Assembly: GCA_048013815.1 (NCBI GenBank)
Contig: CM106586.1
Location: 19,096,001 to 19,160,000, forward strand
Direction: 5' to 3'
DNA: 64,000 bases
DNA from: Setoptus koraiensis
Lineage: Eukaryota; Animalia; Arthropoda
Both the position numbers and the translations under genes were made by a program. Shown piece by piece: positions 33,383 to 48,000 of the stretch. The first letter of the stretch is position 1; every line of letters begins with the position of its first letter. The notes beneath the pieces are model-generated. The model did not search any database. It had not been told where the DNA came from and saw only the letters and a program-made list of their open reading frames with translations.

Positions 33383-36300
33383 TGTTTTCGTTTTTCAGTC
33401 TGGTGATGAGTCTCTACTAATTTGAGTTAATGTAATCTATGAAAAATAGAATTACCGGTCTAAATATTGATTAATATTTATAAGTGTCTCTAGATCTATA
33501 ATTTATAGTTATAAGTATGTATATAGATATATAGATGTATATATATATATATTTGTATATCTATATATACAAATATTTACTGTTATAGCGATGTGTTGAT
33601 GGCAATGATAAGATTAAGATTCAGTCTAGGTGGATAATAGCAGTAGTAATAAGAGTAGAACAACTAACAACAGTTCAATTGTGCAAATATAACCGCTGAG
33701 TCAGTCTAGATAAATGCAAGGCTCTGGTCATGGATGGTGTATTAATATTGTTGACGTATTGCTATAAGTTAATAATTGGTTCCCATAAAAGATTCATCCG
33801 AAATATAAATCGTTCTTTGTATTAAATTGCTTCGTTGTTTTCTTTTCGGGAGTATTGTGATTTCTCGAATACTGGAAAAGATGATATCTGTGTTTTCGTA
33901 TGAGTAAATAGATGCTTGTGTCTATTTTGTCAAGACTAATAAACTAAAATAATAATTTGTCGATGTAAACGTGCATCCGCATCATAAGATAAATGATCCT
34001 GTGAGTGGAGAAAACATGATGATGTCAAATTTCTGGAGCAATTAAAAATATTTATTTATCCATCAGTAATCCAGATGATGGCTATAATGCCTAAGGCATA
34101 ATGATTTTAAACTGAATTTCGTCACACACACATTAACCAAAGATTTAATATGGAGCCATCCAGTCTACTGTGTTTACCTCGGAGTGCACACATTGTTATG
34201 TGTTGTGGCGGGTGCAACGTTGAACTTGTTCACTACATTTGAAGTCACAGCTTCGCATGGCGCTACCTCTGTGACGCCACCTGAACTACAAAGAGAAGCA
34301 TTGCATGCTGTCGTGCTGCGCTATTCGCGCATAGGACAATGCCTCAATAACAGCTTCAATAATATTTCATGTGAGGTCGCTGTAGTAGTGTTTTTGACCA
34401 GTGTTGCGTTATATTTGCTCATAAATTTGAGTATTCTACCCCCTCAAACTTTTAATTTTCAATAGAATATGCCGCAGCATATCTCAATTTTCCGATGGGC
34501 GATGTCAGCCAAATTCACATATAAACTCACAGTACAGTGCCAATCGAATATATAGCTCAACTTTCCTCCTAGTCGCACAGTATTGGACTAGCGCTCCAAT
34601 AGTTAGTTTGCACGCAGGACATACTGCCTGTTCATGGTGGCGCGTATCGAGGCTGACAACGCTCTGCTATTCATTTTCTATCGACTGGAGTCTACCTGGA
34701 GGATGTATCACTCCTTCGAGTGGCACTAATTGCTTATTTTATCCTCTCAGAAGGAAGCAATTGCAAGAATATCTCGGAAATTTCTGGTGAAATTTCGACT
34801 ATGTTGTCTGCAATATTGGAAATGGCTGTACATTGTCAACGCACACAAATTATTGTGCTCATGCACAACAGGCACAGAGAGCTGGGGCGCGATATTCAAA
34901 AGAATTTTTCTTTTTCGGGGGCTCCTCGCGATAGGCACTGTCGAGATACTATCGACACGATTAACTATCGGCTATCTGTCTGACAAGGCTGCCCATTGAC
35001 ATGGGTCAGCTACTTTCAATTGGAGCGTTTATGTCTGATACACTCAAGTTTGATATATGAGCGACAGATGAGTGCATGAGATCTCACTGAATTGGAAGCC
35101 ATCGACAACTCCACTAGTGAGCTCATTTTGACCAAAAGCTCATTCGTATTCAGGTGAAATTTCATTTTGAGCTCTTGTCATTTCATTAAATTTTCCAACT
35201 GAAGCGCTAACGCCTCTATGCACCACTCATCAGACGTAGAATGCATAATATTATTTTTTGTTAAATGACTTTCATTTGGAGAGCGCCTATACACTCGACG
35301 GGCGCCAGTGCTGGCCAAATGCGCGTTGAACAATTTCACCAACGAACGCGCCTTGCAATACTTTAGGAGCCGTCATCGGCCCATGAACGGTGATATATGA
35401 AATATGCAAAGTATGCGATAGATGCTCATAACAGATAAATTGTGAAGCGTTGGCGCGGGATTTATCTAGCTGACTGGTCGACTGTTCCGGAAGACTGACT
35501 GGAAGAATGGTTAGCTAGCTGTTTGGCTCGTGCAATCTAGATATGACACTGTGGTATGCAGTTGGTGCACAAAATCTGCTTGCTTGCAAGTTGGCTGGCT
35601 AGCGAGACTAAACTGTAACATTGAGTCGGTCATTTAGTTGTAGTTACAGTTACAAATATACGACCCAGTGGAACCATCATCAATGGTCCGTGTATCAAAT
35701 TTTATTAAACTGACACACAGGAGAACAGACAGATAAGAGGTCCAGCCCAAGGGCTAGTTTTGGTTGACTGTAACAAACAGGGTCGTATCGGTCTGGATAT
35801 TATGTAACAGCGCACACAGAGTATTAGTGCCACATAATAGACTAATGGCGATCGTTGGGGCCAAACGAACAAGAGCGAGAGAGGGATAAGCATGGAGATG
35901 GGTCTCTTTCGAAGCGTGATAATTTGTCAGTCGGTTCACTTGGCTTGCACAGCGTGTAAGCTCCCCTGAACGGGCCGCGGGACCGGTCTAGAGTGTTTCG
36001 CTGGGCACTATGAGAATCATTGAGACTGGATGGAAACAGTTCGTCTCATGCTCGTCTTGCCCAACTGGGCCCAAATTTCAATCTTTTGCCCTGATTCAGA
36101 GGCCCTGAATCAAATTCACGCTTAGCTTGGCAGCCTCAACAAGCTCTCTCGTTGTTAGTGCTAAAGAGGCAGCAGCAGAGCCGGTTTTAGTGAGTGGTCT
36201 TAGTAATGGGAGATTTAAAAAAAATGCAAATTTCCTCGTGGGCTTTTTGCACCCAATGGCGGTATTGTCTGTTTTTCTGTGTTTTCGTGTATGTCAGTGT

Positions 36301-36386
36301 GCGGAATTGGGTATTCTCTTTTGATTTGTCTATTGTTGAATTCGGTAAGCCTCACTGATCGCTAATCTCTTAGCTTGTTGCCTATC

Positions 36387-36451
36387 AACTCTGTAGCCTT
36401 AACTCTGTAGCCTTAACTCTGTAGCCTTAACTATGTGGCTTTAACTCTGTG
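36387..36451. repeat. 14-bp tandem repeat (aactctgtagcctt x~4.5)
   Basis: Read directly. Confidence 0.85.
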
Positions 36452-37053
36452 TGGTTGTGTTTGGTTGGAAATTCAATTTTTTCGCCTACCGCCAACATCG
36501 TTTATTATTGTTCATAATGTTTTATGTGGCAAGAAGAGATTTAACCAAAGGGATTATATCGATGGGTGTGAGGTGAGGCGAGGCGGGTGGTTAGCTCGTT
36601 AATTTGAAATCAATTGTTTTGGCGCAAGGCAACAATGATCATTAAGTGGCCTGCTGTGCCCCTGGATGCTTATCATCCAATTACGCAATTGCAAGCTAGA
36701 TGCCGCAGTAATTCAACAACGATGACGCACTGAACAGCAGCTCAATGATGGATGTGAGACCGCTTGCCGGGCCCCACTCCCCACTGCCGACCCTCGCCCG
36801 CCCCCACTCCCGGCATCTGCATGCTGGGCTAGCGAACAGGGGGGCCAATTGGGAGCCAAATTGATAAACAAATGATAGGGAGTGCTCTTGTGGTTTGACA
36901 GAAAGATCCCGAGTCAGCGTCCGTGTCGACGGAACGCAAGCTCGTCAAACGCACACGCCATAATTAATGAGCTCGGTGGGATTATTGTTTACTAGTTTAG
37001 TTTTTGTCGGCCGGTCACTTTTGCCACACAACTGGCAACTGGCTGGCGAGACA

Positions 37054-37096
<43 letters not shown>

Positions 37097-39650
37097 GCTT
37101 TGTCCCGCTGTGGCCATTCGTGCTTATGACTATTAATTTCTCGACTATTAATAATGAACTGGCACTGCGAATATTGTTACTTGCCAAGCTGGCGATACGC
37201 ACTAATGTATATATTTCGGAAGTTGCCACCGTATCTGTAGTTGTTGTTTTTGTTGATACGCTGCCAGCTTGATGGATGGATGGCAGCGAGTCCATTTATT
37301 TGCACTGCCGGCTCTTTGTTTGGATTCTGTTGCAAATGCAAACCAAACCGAGCGTCGGTTGTATATGGTGCGTGTGATGTCATGATTCTATATGCCGACT
37401 AAACCGGCTACAGATAGAGGGAGAGAGAGAGAGAGAGCTCTGGAAATGGTGGAAATAACATTGCAAAATGGACGTTGCAAAATGTGCAGCCAGCCTCTGT
37501 AGGCTGCGAATTGTAATAAGCCGTCGATATTAGGAAATGATAAATAAATGATAGGGATAGGCGGCCGGCGCCGACCGGACGCGCCAGCCGTTTAGATGGG
37601 TGTCCGATAAAGGGGCGCGCAAAATCAACTAGCTCGCTCAAAACTAACCAGACCGGTTATTGCTATTTCGCATTATAAACATAGTATTGATATATATTTT
37701 TCAGCTTTTCTTTTCCCCGCTCTCTCGCTGCGACTCAATTCTTTTTCTCATATTTATTACTCGTATTTCTCATATTATTACAAAACGCGTTATGGCTCAA
37801 TATAGCGGCCACTGCCAGCAAAGTGCTCATTTTTTTCATCAAGCTATCGGCCGTAATGAATAACCTAATATATGTATAACTCAACGATATTGCTGAATGA
37901 GTCATAACCATAAAACTTTGCAATGTTAGCCAACTATGGGCACCGTCGCCATTGGCGCAATCACCAACTAAAAAGAATAAACTAAAGATTGCCGGCTCAG
38001 TTGCAGCACATGATCATAGTGTGACGAAAGAAGGCAGAGTGGGGCCGGTCTGGGCAGAATGGAGAAAAAATATTTATTTATACAGTGAGTATCGGCGGTC
38101 GTCTATTATTTATAACTCACATATAACTGACATACACCAATAGCCATACTAGTGGCGCCTTGTTATTATGTAATAGTAATAATAATAAAGCGCCACTCTC
38201 TCGCTACCACTATCCACCATCTGGCGACGGTGGCCATTTTGGCGACTTGCAACTCCGCTAATGTCTCCCATGCGAAATAAGCAACCGGAAAGAGGCCTAA
38301 GGGACAGCAGACAAGATGATTTTGCGTCTTCCATGGGCCGTCTACTTGGGCTGGCGTGCTGGCTGGCTGGCCGGCGTCGCGATGCTTTCATCGGGCCGCT
38401 GTATCGAGGGCCGCCGATCGGACCGTCGGACCAACCAAATATCCTCCGATGCGGCTCCGCATGTCAGAATGGCTGCCAATGGGGCTCTCTTAACCTCAAG
38501 TGCTGCCTCCGATGCTCACCAACGCTCACATGTTTAAGTGGTCTCGGTGAGTGTCGCAAGACAAAACTGGCCTATTGAGGCCCCTCAATGCGTTTGCAGT
38601 GAGCGGTCGGCCCTGCTGCAGGGACCCGGCAGCAATCTGCCGATATCGCAGACAAAACAGACACAGAGGTTTGAGCCAATCTCTAGAAACCGTTGGCCGA
38701 CATGAGAATGTGTCAGCATCTTGTGACAGTTGTTACCGCACCAAACCAACATCCAAAGATCGGCCAATATCCATTTATCCATCGCGCGCGTCCAACATGA
38801 TTATTGTCGCTCACATGTGGCGCCCTCCGAAATTCTCTCTTGTCTCGATTTGTTGGCCAGTTGACATTTTGGAAACGGAAATTCTTCAGCAACGCACACA
38901 CAATTGCTTTGAATCTTTTTTCTGCCAACAGTTTCGGCCGACAGTGGCTGCCGGCCCAACAGTCACTGCTGGCCCCACCAGTGGCTGTGATTTGGTCGTG
39001 TGGCTGGTCGGACAGACTGGCTGGCTCGGATTCGCCCTGCACTAACTAATTGCCAAACTAAACCAACAAATTAATTAATGAGCGAGATAACAGATTCTGG
39101 TGAGTTCATTCGAGTGGCGTGTGCCCTTGAGCGAATGTGTGCGCGCTCGAAAAAGGGTTACCATTGTGAGGATTGGTCGCCAGTGCCAGTTGTAGCTGGA
39201 TATTGATTCTTTCTTTGCCGGTTACGACCAACTCACCAGTTGTGCAAAAAGGGCCGTCGGACAGAACACACACACACACACATACACACAACAGTATAGG
39301 GTGCTAACAATTATCCATGTGAGCGACGTCGAGTCACTATGTCACAAATGTTTGAAAGGAGGAGCCAGAATATAAACAGAGACAACGAGCGAGGCCCGAG
39401 AGGGGCCCCAACTCTGGCCATACTTAGCGGGCCAGGCTGGGGTTATTTGTGGAAAAGTTGAACAAATAGAATGGAGGCTCTTTCTCTCTCTGTGCCACTC
39501 GCTTCTGTTTGTTGAGGGCACAAAAATTGGTGCATTAATGCGGCTTTTGCGATTGTGGCCCGGCCAGGCTTGCCAGGCCAGCCAGCTAGATTAGTCGGCA
39601 AGATATTGTTATTGCCAACTATTGTTGTTATCATTACGATCATCGTCGTA

Positions 39651-39682
<32 letters not shown>

Positions 39683-42600
39683 TATTGTATATTATGTTTG
39701 CTGGTGTGTTTATTTTCATGGCAGCTCATAGAGTGGGAACAAGATTAGGTCAGCACAAGGCCCGCATTTGTTCCTCCTTATTCCTCACTCAAATATATAT
39801 ATATATATCTGTGTGTGTGTGTTCGCAAACAACAAACACACACACAACATTTATTTTCAGCTACCAGTGGATTTAAGGATCCGCTGGCAAGCTCGCCGAC
39901 AAACAAGCACTAGACTCCAGTGACTAGAGGCTATCGGCCATGAGCTACATTATTTTTCTATCCAGACGTGGGGCCCGCTTGTTGTCTTTGCGAGGCAGGC
40001 TGCTCGGCTCTTTAAAGCCACTCTCCGCTAGCTTGCCAGCAAATGGATGTTTATTCGACGGCCGCTATCAGTGATAGCAGCGACTTTGTGTCTCCACTTT
40101 TGATTGCTTCAAATCGCAATAGGCGAGCTCTCATTGCTCACGCTATTCACCAACCAATGTCACTGCTCCATCTAATCTAGTGCATGGCCTTCGGGCAGGG
40201 CGCCCACCTGAGCAAACCCCACTGAAACAAACGCTCCCAATCAGATTACAACGGACTATTTAGTGGGGCCCGTTTCACTTCCGTTCAGTTAATCTCGTCA
40301 GTTCGGTCGGTTCAGTTCGGTTCGGGTTCGGAGGGGCGCCGGTTTAATGCATGGCCATGAATGAGCGACATTGTCCGGCAGCGCCAATGTATCCGGAGAT
40401 AGATACTGGCGCCACTGCCGACACAAATTGCATTTCACAATGCATTTCGGGGGCACGATAACGAATGGGCAAATAAATATTTGACAGCGCCATTCGATGG
40501 ATGAATATCTCACATACCGGAGCGCGCAAATATCAATGAATTTGCTCGGAATTTGCCGCTCGCTCGCGTACTAAATAATTATTTTGCTGCCACACAAGTC
40601 ACGCCAGCGAGATAATATATCAAACTTGAAATTTGACTGTCTCTACAAACATTGCATCATAACATAGCATCATAACATTGCATCATAACATTGAATTATG
40701 ACACTGGATAAAGTGGTAAGAGCACAAGTAAGAGCCAGACTCTGGCTGCCAGAGAGAGAGAGAGAGAGAGAGAGAGCGACTTGCAAAGGATGAGTTCTGA
40801 GCGGCGCACAAAGGTAACCTGGGGCGAGGAATAATAAGAAAAAGAATTGATCTCTGCTATCATTATTCTGCATGTGTGTGAGTGTGCCGTCTGTCTGCCG
40901 GCTCGCCGGCCCAATATCCGCCTAATATCCTGCACGGGCCCGGTTGATGGATGGCTCATTGTGGCGCCTCACAGTCGCCGCGGCCGCCAACCTGCAAACT
41001 GTCTACTTTCTTTCAATTTGCAGACGGGGGATAAATTTGGTTGCAAACTCTGAAAGTCGCTGTCGGGCATAGAATGGGCACATGGGCGCGTTTGGGAGTT
41101 TGCAACTAGCGAGATAAGTGAGTGTTTGTGTGGCTTTCATGCTGTCATTTTATTATTTTCTCATCGTGGGTGCGCCGTTGCTATTATCACCGTTTGCATT
41201 GTCACGTGTGCCAGTCGACAGTCGGCCACATTTAGCGCCCATATTTAGCGCGGCAATCTTTGGCTGGCACTTAAACTGCCGGCCTGGCGCAGAGCTGGGG
41301 CCCCGGCTAGCGAGGCGGCCGGCGCGGCAGCCAGCTTGTCGCATCAGAATAATAATTCGGCGCCGCGCCGCGTTGCATTCTTTTCAGTCTGGCGATTGGT
41401 TAAATTATGCCGCGCCGGCATCTAGCGCCGCCAACACGATGGCGCAATCGAGCCAGCGAGCGACACTTTCGCTCGCTGGTCCCTCAAGCCAGCGGTGCAA
41501 AAGAATGAGGGAATAACTTGCAAAATTGCACACAAGTTGACTCGCGAGTCAGCCGAGCAATGATGCGAGGCCGGGCCTCATTTCACAATTGTCAGGCGGC
41601 ACGCACGCCGCGCAGCCAGTGTGAGTGTTTTTGTCGTCTTCGTCTTGGCCCCTTTCATAGTGACAAACGCACGCCACTCCAGTAGACAAATCCGTGCACA
41701 ATTATGACCGATTAGGAGCCCTTTTGGGGCCCGATCCACTCGTGCCCTGCAAACAACGGCCAGCACTTTGCAAATCAGCTCATCAGCTCGGGTATCAGGT
41801 ATACGCGCTCGGGTACGCGTGCAACTTGCTCAAAACTCACACAACTCGCTTGCATGCACACACTGTCGGGGTACGCGCACAGGTATCTGCAAACGCGGGG
41901 CCCCAAAACAATGTTTGTGCTGCGTTGTGACGAGTTGTGTCGCGCAATATGACAATATGGTCGCTGTTGTGCCGGCGTGATGGTGATTAGACAAACAATG
42001 TACAATTTTGCACCAGCAAGTAACAATATTTGACGATGGCTAGCCGGCTGGACACACAAACGTTCGCTTTGCCGGTTGGCTTATCACTGATTGTCGCAGT
42101 GCCATCGTCGCGCTCTCGCCGCGGATCGGCTACCTTTGCGAGGCCCCGCGTGCCACGCAGCTCGTGGCACATGAATGACAAGCCAATATGATAACTTGCC
42201 GCGTCGTTAAACTCGACAAACGCGCTTCCTCTGGCCAGTCGCGATACAACGCACAACGGATATGGCCGCCGTGGCGAACACAACGGACAAAACGGACAAA
42301 GCGGACGAAACGGACGAAACGGGCATGGTCAATGCGACGGTACCGAGCGACGCGGACGGCGAGGTGATAGCCCTGGGCGGCGGGCGCCTCCGGCCCGCGC
42401 TTCCAGTTTGCGCGAGCCTCCAGTTTGCAAGAGCCCCCAGTTTGCAAGAGCCTGATTCGTGGGGGCGCTGGCGAGCCGCGCTCAGTGCAAATATTGACCT
42501 TGACTCGCCGCTATCTAAATTACTAATTCTTTGCGACGCGGCTCTGGCCGCGCAATATGTCGACGCTGTCCAATTTGGGCCCCGCTGGCATATCTGCAGT

Positions 42601-44361
42601 TATATCTGGCGGTGCCGTTGTATCTGGCCAGATACGACGGCCAAGATGCCACGCTGGCCAGATATGGCACAAGTGGATGAGTCAAGCCGGGCATGAGAGG
42701 CCAGGATAAGGGCCAAAATATGATATATATAAAGTGATTGGCGGCGGGCAAACAAGACGCGCGCACAACAAGACGCCGCGCAGAATTGATGGGCCCCAAC
42801 GAAGAAATAGATTAGTTGTGTGTGGCAATTATTATTGTGTGGCCTTTGTTTTGTCTTGCAACGGGGCCCCTCGTGAGTTATTGCCGTTGAGAAATGACAC
42901 TGTCCGACAGTGTCGTTGATGCGACATGCCAACCGCTGACCGCTACACAACATATACACCCAACTGGCATGCAATCTCGTGTCATCACTGCCACTTGTTA
43001 TTGTCGTCGCTCGCCGGCACAATCTGGCCGCACAACAGCGCCGCGTGTGTCGGGACCCCAATCATTTCGGCCGGCTTAAACCGGTCACGTCGGGGCTGGC
43101 TGTGGCCATAAGGTGCAAGTTTCGAGCCAAGGTCACTCGCTCGCGGGCCGGCCCACACCCAATGCAACGGACCCAACGCAACGGACCCAATGCCGCGGGA
43201 CCCAATGCCACGGGACCCGATGAGCAGCGAGATGAGTTGACTATTGCCCAACTGAGCGATGCCGCATATTGGCCGGGATATCACAATATTGGCAAAGTGT
43301 TGTGATATCACTGGCCAACTCGAGCAACTACTCAACTATGACTGCGTGCCTGGCGGCCATTATCTGGGGCTGATCCGCAGCGAAGACGGCGCCAGATGGA
43401 TTAATTATGGCGTCACATTCTAAATGAAACGCCATTAATCATCATTAAATTTTCGCTCTGTCACGGGGGCCCCGCTCCCATTGTCGGGCCTCTTGTGCCG
43501 CACAAGGTGTGCGTCTCTCGGCACGTATCTGGGCGCCTCTTGTTTGTATGTGGCTGGCGCGAGAGGGCACGAGAAGGCGCGAGAGGGCGCGAGATTGCGC
43601 GAAATTGCGCCAGGTGTGCGGCCGATAATAGAGGGGCCCCGGCACGACAACGACGCCACGACAGGTGGATTATAAGCGAGCGTGGAAGATAAAACGAGCG
43701 TCTAATGGAATAAGATGCGCGTTTCTAAGCGGGCAAGCGCGCGCCAATCCGCTGCACGGGGGCTGCACGAGCGGCACGCGCAAGCCAGTTCACAAGCCTG
43801 CGTCAGCGCTGGCGGGCGCCAGCCGAACAAAAGTGAAATTGGCGCGAAAGTGCGCCGCCGTTGCACTGGCCTCGGCACCGGCGAGCCGCCGACTTGCCAC
43901 GTACTTGCTAATTAGCCGGCCCGGCGGCCAATGGGCCGTCTTGATGCGGCCAGCCGGCGAGCTGTCAGTTCGTGTGTCGTCGTGGACGAGTGACAACTCG
44001 CCTATGAGCTAATCTTTGGTTGTCCGTCGGTCGCTGGTGCCCGGCAAATGTGCCGCCGACCGCGGCTCAGCACCGACAACTGCGGGTCCGCATCACTCCG
44101 TGTGTAGTCCGTATTACATGCCAGATATGGGGCCCCGTTTGCGCGCACAAACAAGCACTATAAATACGTCATGCCAAGACTGGCCAGGCAGCGACAAACG
44201 ACGCACAGACGGTCACAGAAACGACGTGACAGTGGTACAATCTCCTTGCTATTTTTATCGTCCTATTTAATCTCTCTAAACAATCGCCTGTTTGAGGTCA
44301 GCCGGACAACTGGCGGCATCGTACGTGTGCACCGTACCGTTGTAACGTACCCGCGCCACGC

Positions 44362-44419
44362 GTTACGTAACGCGCCCACACCACTGTTACGTAATGTGCC
44401 CACGCCACTGTTACGTAAC
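44362..44419. promoter_or_regulatory. Three PAR-bZIP-type sites (GTTACGTAAY) at exact 24-bp spacing
   Basis: gttacgtaac 44362-44371, gttacgtaat 44386-44395, gttacgtaac 44410-44419; consensus RTTAYGTAAY. Confidence 0.5.
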
Positions 44420-45007
44420 TAGTGCGGCCAGATATTTGGCCAGTGGCGAGCGTGGCCCGAAGCCGGGTTAGTGGCGCTGAGTGCGCTTGTCCGGCGGCCT
44501 AGTCCGGCATCACCGGCGCACTGGCCACCAGCGACGGTCGCGTCTGTCAGGCCGGTCTTTATGTTGACAATTGGCCCATTGAAATGACACAAAAGTGTGT
44601 CTCCAGGCAACACGGACACACATAAACATGCCACACTTTACCGTTACCTGGCCGCTGGCCACTTTATCATATTATCCCCCGTTGGCCCCACTGCCGGCAG
44701 GCAGCAGCCAGCGCTCGAAACCGGCGCAACTTGTAGCAACGACAGAGATTAGCCGCTAACTCATTTTGCTGCTGTCTGGCTCGCCATTTCGGCCAGTTGC
44801 CGCTGACCGACTGGTCATTCTAGTCGGCTGACCAGCTCGTGCGCGCTCGTGCCGCACACTGGCTTCAGTTTGCTCTATGGTCGGCGCGCTGCACGCCACG
44901 GCCCCGAACTGCGGTGTGCTCGCAAACACCCGCACTGCCGGACAGCGCCGTTGATTTGGGCAACGTGTCAATGTTACATAATGCGCGACGCGTGCACATT
45001 ACGTGTC

Positions 45008-45097
45008 CGCGTTGTGTGAGGCCCAAGCGCTTGGGCCTCACACAACGCGCCAAGGGCGCGTTTGCTCGTGCAAGAGTACGCGCGCTCTTGCACGAGC
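45008..45097. repeat. Perfect 42-bp palindrome followed by a 13-bp-stem hairpin
   Basis: cgcgttgtgtgaggcccaagc|gcttgggcctcacacaacgcg (45008-45049); gctcgtgcaagag-tacgcgcg-ctcttgcacgagc (45064-45097). Confidence 0.9.
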
Positions 45098-48000
45098 AGC
45101 AAACGCCAGCGCTAAGCAGCAAGGCAAAAAATAAGATATAGTCATTGATTGGGCGAGCGCAGGTACAGGCCGAGCGGTCGCCCTCGCCTGACTTTGGTGT
45201 CTGGTCGCGCGGCGGCCGGCCCGCTGGCTCGCTGGCTCTTGGCGGCCAGCCAGAAATTGCTTCTCACGCAACGCCAAACGCAACCAAAGTTCGCATGGCT
45301 GCGGTCGTTTGAATGGCACACAACTGTCAGGTGAGCTGGCCAAGGGCTCGCCGCTTTGGCTGGGCGAAAAGGCGAAATGCCAGCCAGTAGGTAGATTCTT
45401 TCTTTGGCCCCACCATGGTATATATAGCACCAGATATATGTATCAGCGTATATGTATATATATATCAGCGTGCGCACCGCGGCGTATAGCGGCTCTGACG
45501 CGACTCGTGCGCCCGGCAAATGGCTGACCAGAGACAGCAAATGGCCGAGCCCCAAATGGTGGGCCGTTCGCGGGCTAGCTCGCCCGCCAGCCAAAGCAGC
45601 CAGCAAAGCCAGATGAGACAGCGCAGCTCGCGCAGGGGCCCATCAAAGTGGCGCTCGGGTAAAGTATCGGCTCGGGTGTGTGGGTGTTCGGATGTAATTA
45701 TGTAGACAAGCCAGCGGAAATGAGTAACGAGGAGTAAGCAGCTCATTAATTTGGAGCACGCAGCGGATTGCGCTCAGCTTACAAGTCAGCAAGGCCGAAA
45801 ACATATTGCCAGCAGTGTCGCCGCTTGCGGCCGCTCTCTGGCTCAGCCAGACTGACTGGCTGGCCGAGCGCGCAAAGCCGATTTTGGCTGGCAGAACCCG
45901 GCAAGCGATCCCAATGAGGCCCCCAATCGCCAATATGCAGCTAAGCGCGCGATAAAAATTCACGCGAAATTTATATTAGCTGGCCGACTGGCCGAACGCG
46001 CACGCCGAGCTCGGCCAGGCCTGTTGTTCGAGCTCGAAAGCTGTTCCAATCTGTTGGTCTTGATTGTTGTGGGGCCACTTTGGGGCCCCAAGGCGCTCAG
46101 TGGCCAGATTGTGCGTTGGTGCTGTGTGTGTGTGGCTGTGCCAATATGCATAAATGGCGGCCAACCATGGGACTGCGCCCATCCATCACTGAGAAATGAG
46201 GATCCTCTCATCATTTGCTCTCGGCTCGTTCTCATTGCTGCCCGGCGATCCAATGGACGGCCGGCAGTGTTAGTCCATCGGATTGATTAAATACACGCAC
46301 CGGTGCCTGGCCAGCCGCTGCTCCGAGCACCGCGAGATCCAACCAACAAATCACGGCACAACACAAGCGTGAGCTACACGCGCCCGGCGGCCCCAACTGG
46401 CCCCACACGACGGGTAGGCGGGGGCGCCTCTACTCGGGGAGCTAGTCTATTCCGCGTGGAATTTTCACGCCCCACTAGAGATAGACCTAGATACCCTACA
46501 GGGTAGCTAAGCTGAGCAATACAAGTACAAGTGCGATTCTCTGTCCTTCGGTCGCTTGGCTTATCTTGCAGCCAGCGTAAGCCTTGCCCGAATCAGACCG
46601 CTCAGATCCTCTCGTTTGACTCTGTGTATGCGCGCCGTTATTAACCGGGGGGCAAGCCCCGCCAACTGCGCCCCTACTTGCGGCTTCCTCTTTTCCAGGT
46701 GCATTCAGGTATTTTGCAGCAAGGCGAGCGTCCTGTGCGCGCGATGCGACGCCAAGACAGCGCCAAGACGCTTGGGCGCCGCGGAGAGGCCAACCACTTT
46801 ACACTTTAATACACTTAGCTGTTGTTCAGCGCCCATTCCATAGTTGTCCGTGTCCCGCGGATGGGGCCCATACTTGGCCGCAGCCTCAGTGGGGCCAGCC
46901 GACAGCAGCCAGCCGACAGCAGCCAGCCGATAGCGGCCTGCCGACGGCGGCCAGTGGGCGAGTCTTGGGGCCTGTCTTGCGGGCCCCAAACATGACTTGT
47001 TCGAATCTAAGCCGGGCCAGAAATGGATTAAGCTCGACGGCAAAGATGAGCACGTTCGGCAACGTGCACCGATTTGCAGCAACTAGTCACATGCTACTTA
47101 ACGGGCCCATGTTACATCGGGCCATGTAAGCGGCAGAAGTGGCGCTCTAAGAATGTTCAAGATGCATTTAGCCCCTACGATATTGTTGCTTGTTATCGGC
47201 TAGGTGCGCGCGCGCGGGCGAAACACGATCAGCGCATTGGGGCCAGTCAATTAATCAGGACTACAGTTTATTTGGGGCCTCAAGCGCGAGCGTGCGTTGG
47301 CGCAACTTGACAATAAATTGACACTGGCTGCCCGCGACACGAGCATCGATATTCACTTTTCGACATACACACTTTTACACATACCATTTCTCTCGGCACA
47401 CACACAAGCTCGGATTGCTCTCTGGTGGCGAGACTCTTTTTGCATCGAATCACTCTTGTGAGTCGCAAGTTGTGAGTCGCAAGTTGCGAGGCGCACCGAA
47501 AGAGAAAAACAAGAGAAGCGTGTCTTTGGCGACAATTCATCTAGACTCGCGACTGGATAAAATAAAAATTATACACCGACGCGTGAATACGCGCGTGTCG
47601 ACACTACAACTACCAAACTACAACCCCCTGTAACTGCTATAACTACAACGAGCTGGAGTGAATTTATTTTTACAACGGCACTAACATTTTCAGCTTGTGT
47701 CATATTGCTTGCGTCAGCTCGTGACTTCTTATCTGACACACGGCGCACAATGGCGCCAGTGTTGATGGCCAGGCCGGCCACGTTTAACACGTGCTCGTGG
47801 ACGCTATTATCGGCTGGTAACAGTGTTAGCGGGGTAACATTGCACGTTTAGTCACGTAACGAGGAGAAACACTCATTTAAATTAGAAAGTCTCTCTAACA
47901 GTTTTTGCAACACAGTTGTTGATTATAACGGTAACCGTTGCGCCCAACGCCACCAAAACAACAGCGCAACCCAATCAAATAAGAGCGAGACAGTCGATAA

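Noticed and set aside
35455-35480. miR-9-like string ttatctagctg
   Set aside because: Only an 11-nt partial match, with no seed or precursor hairpin.
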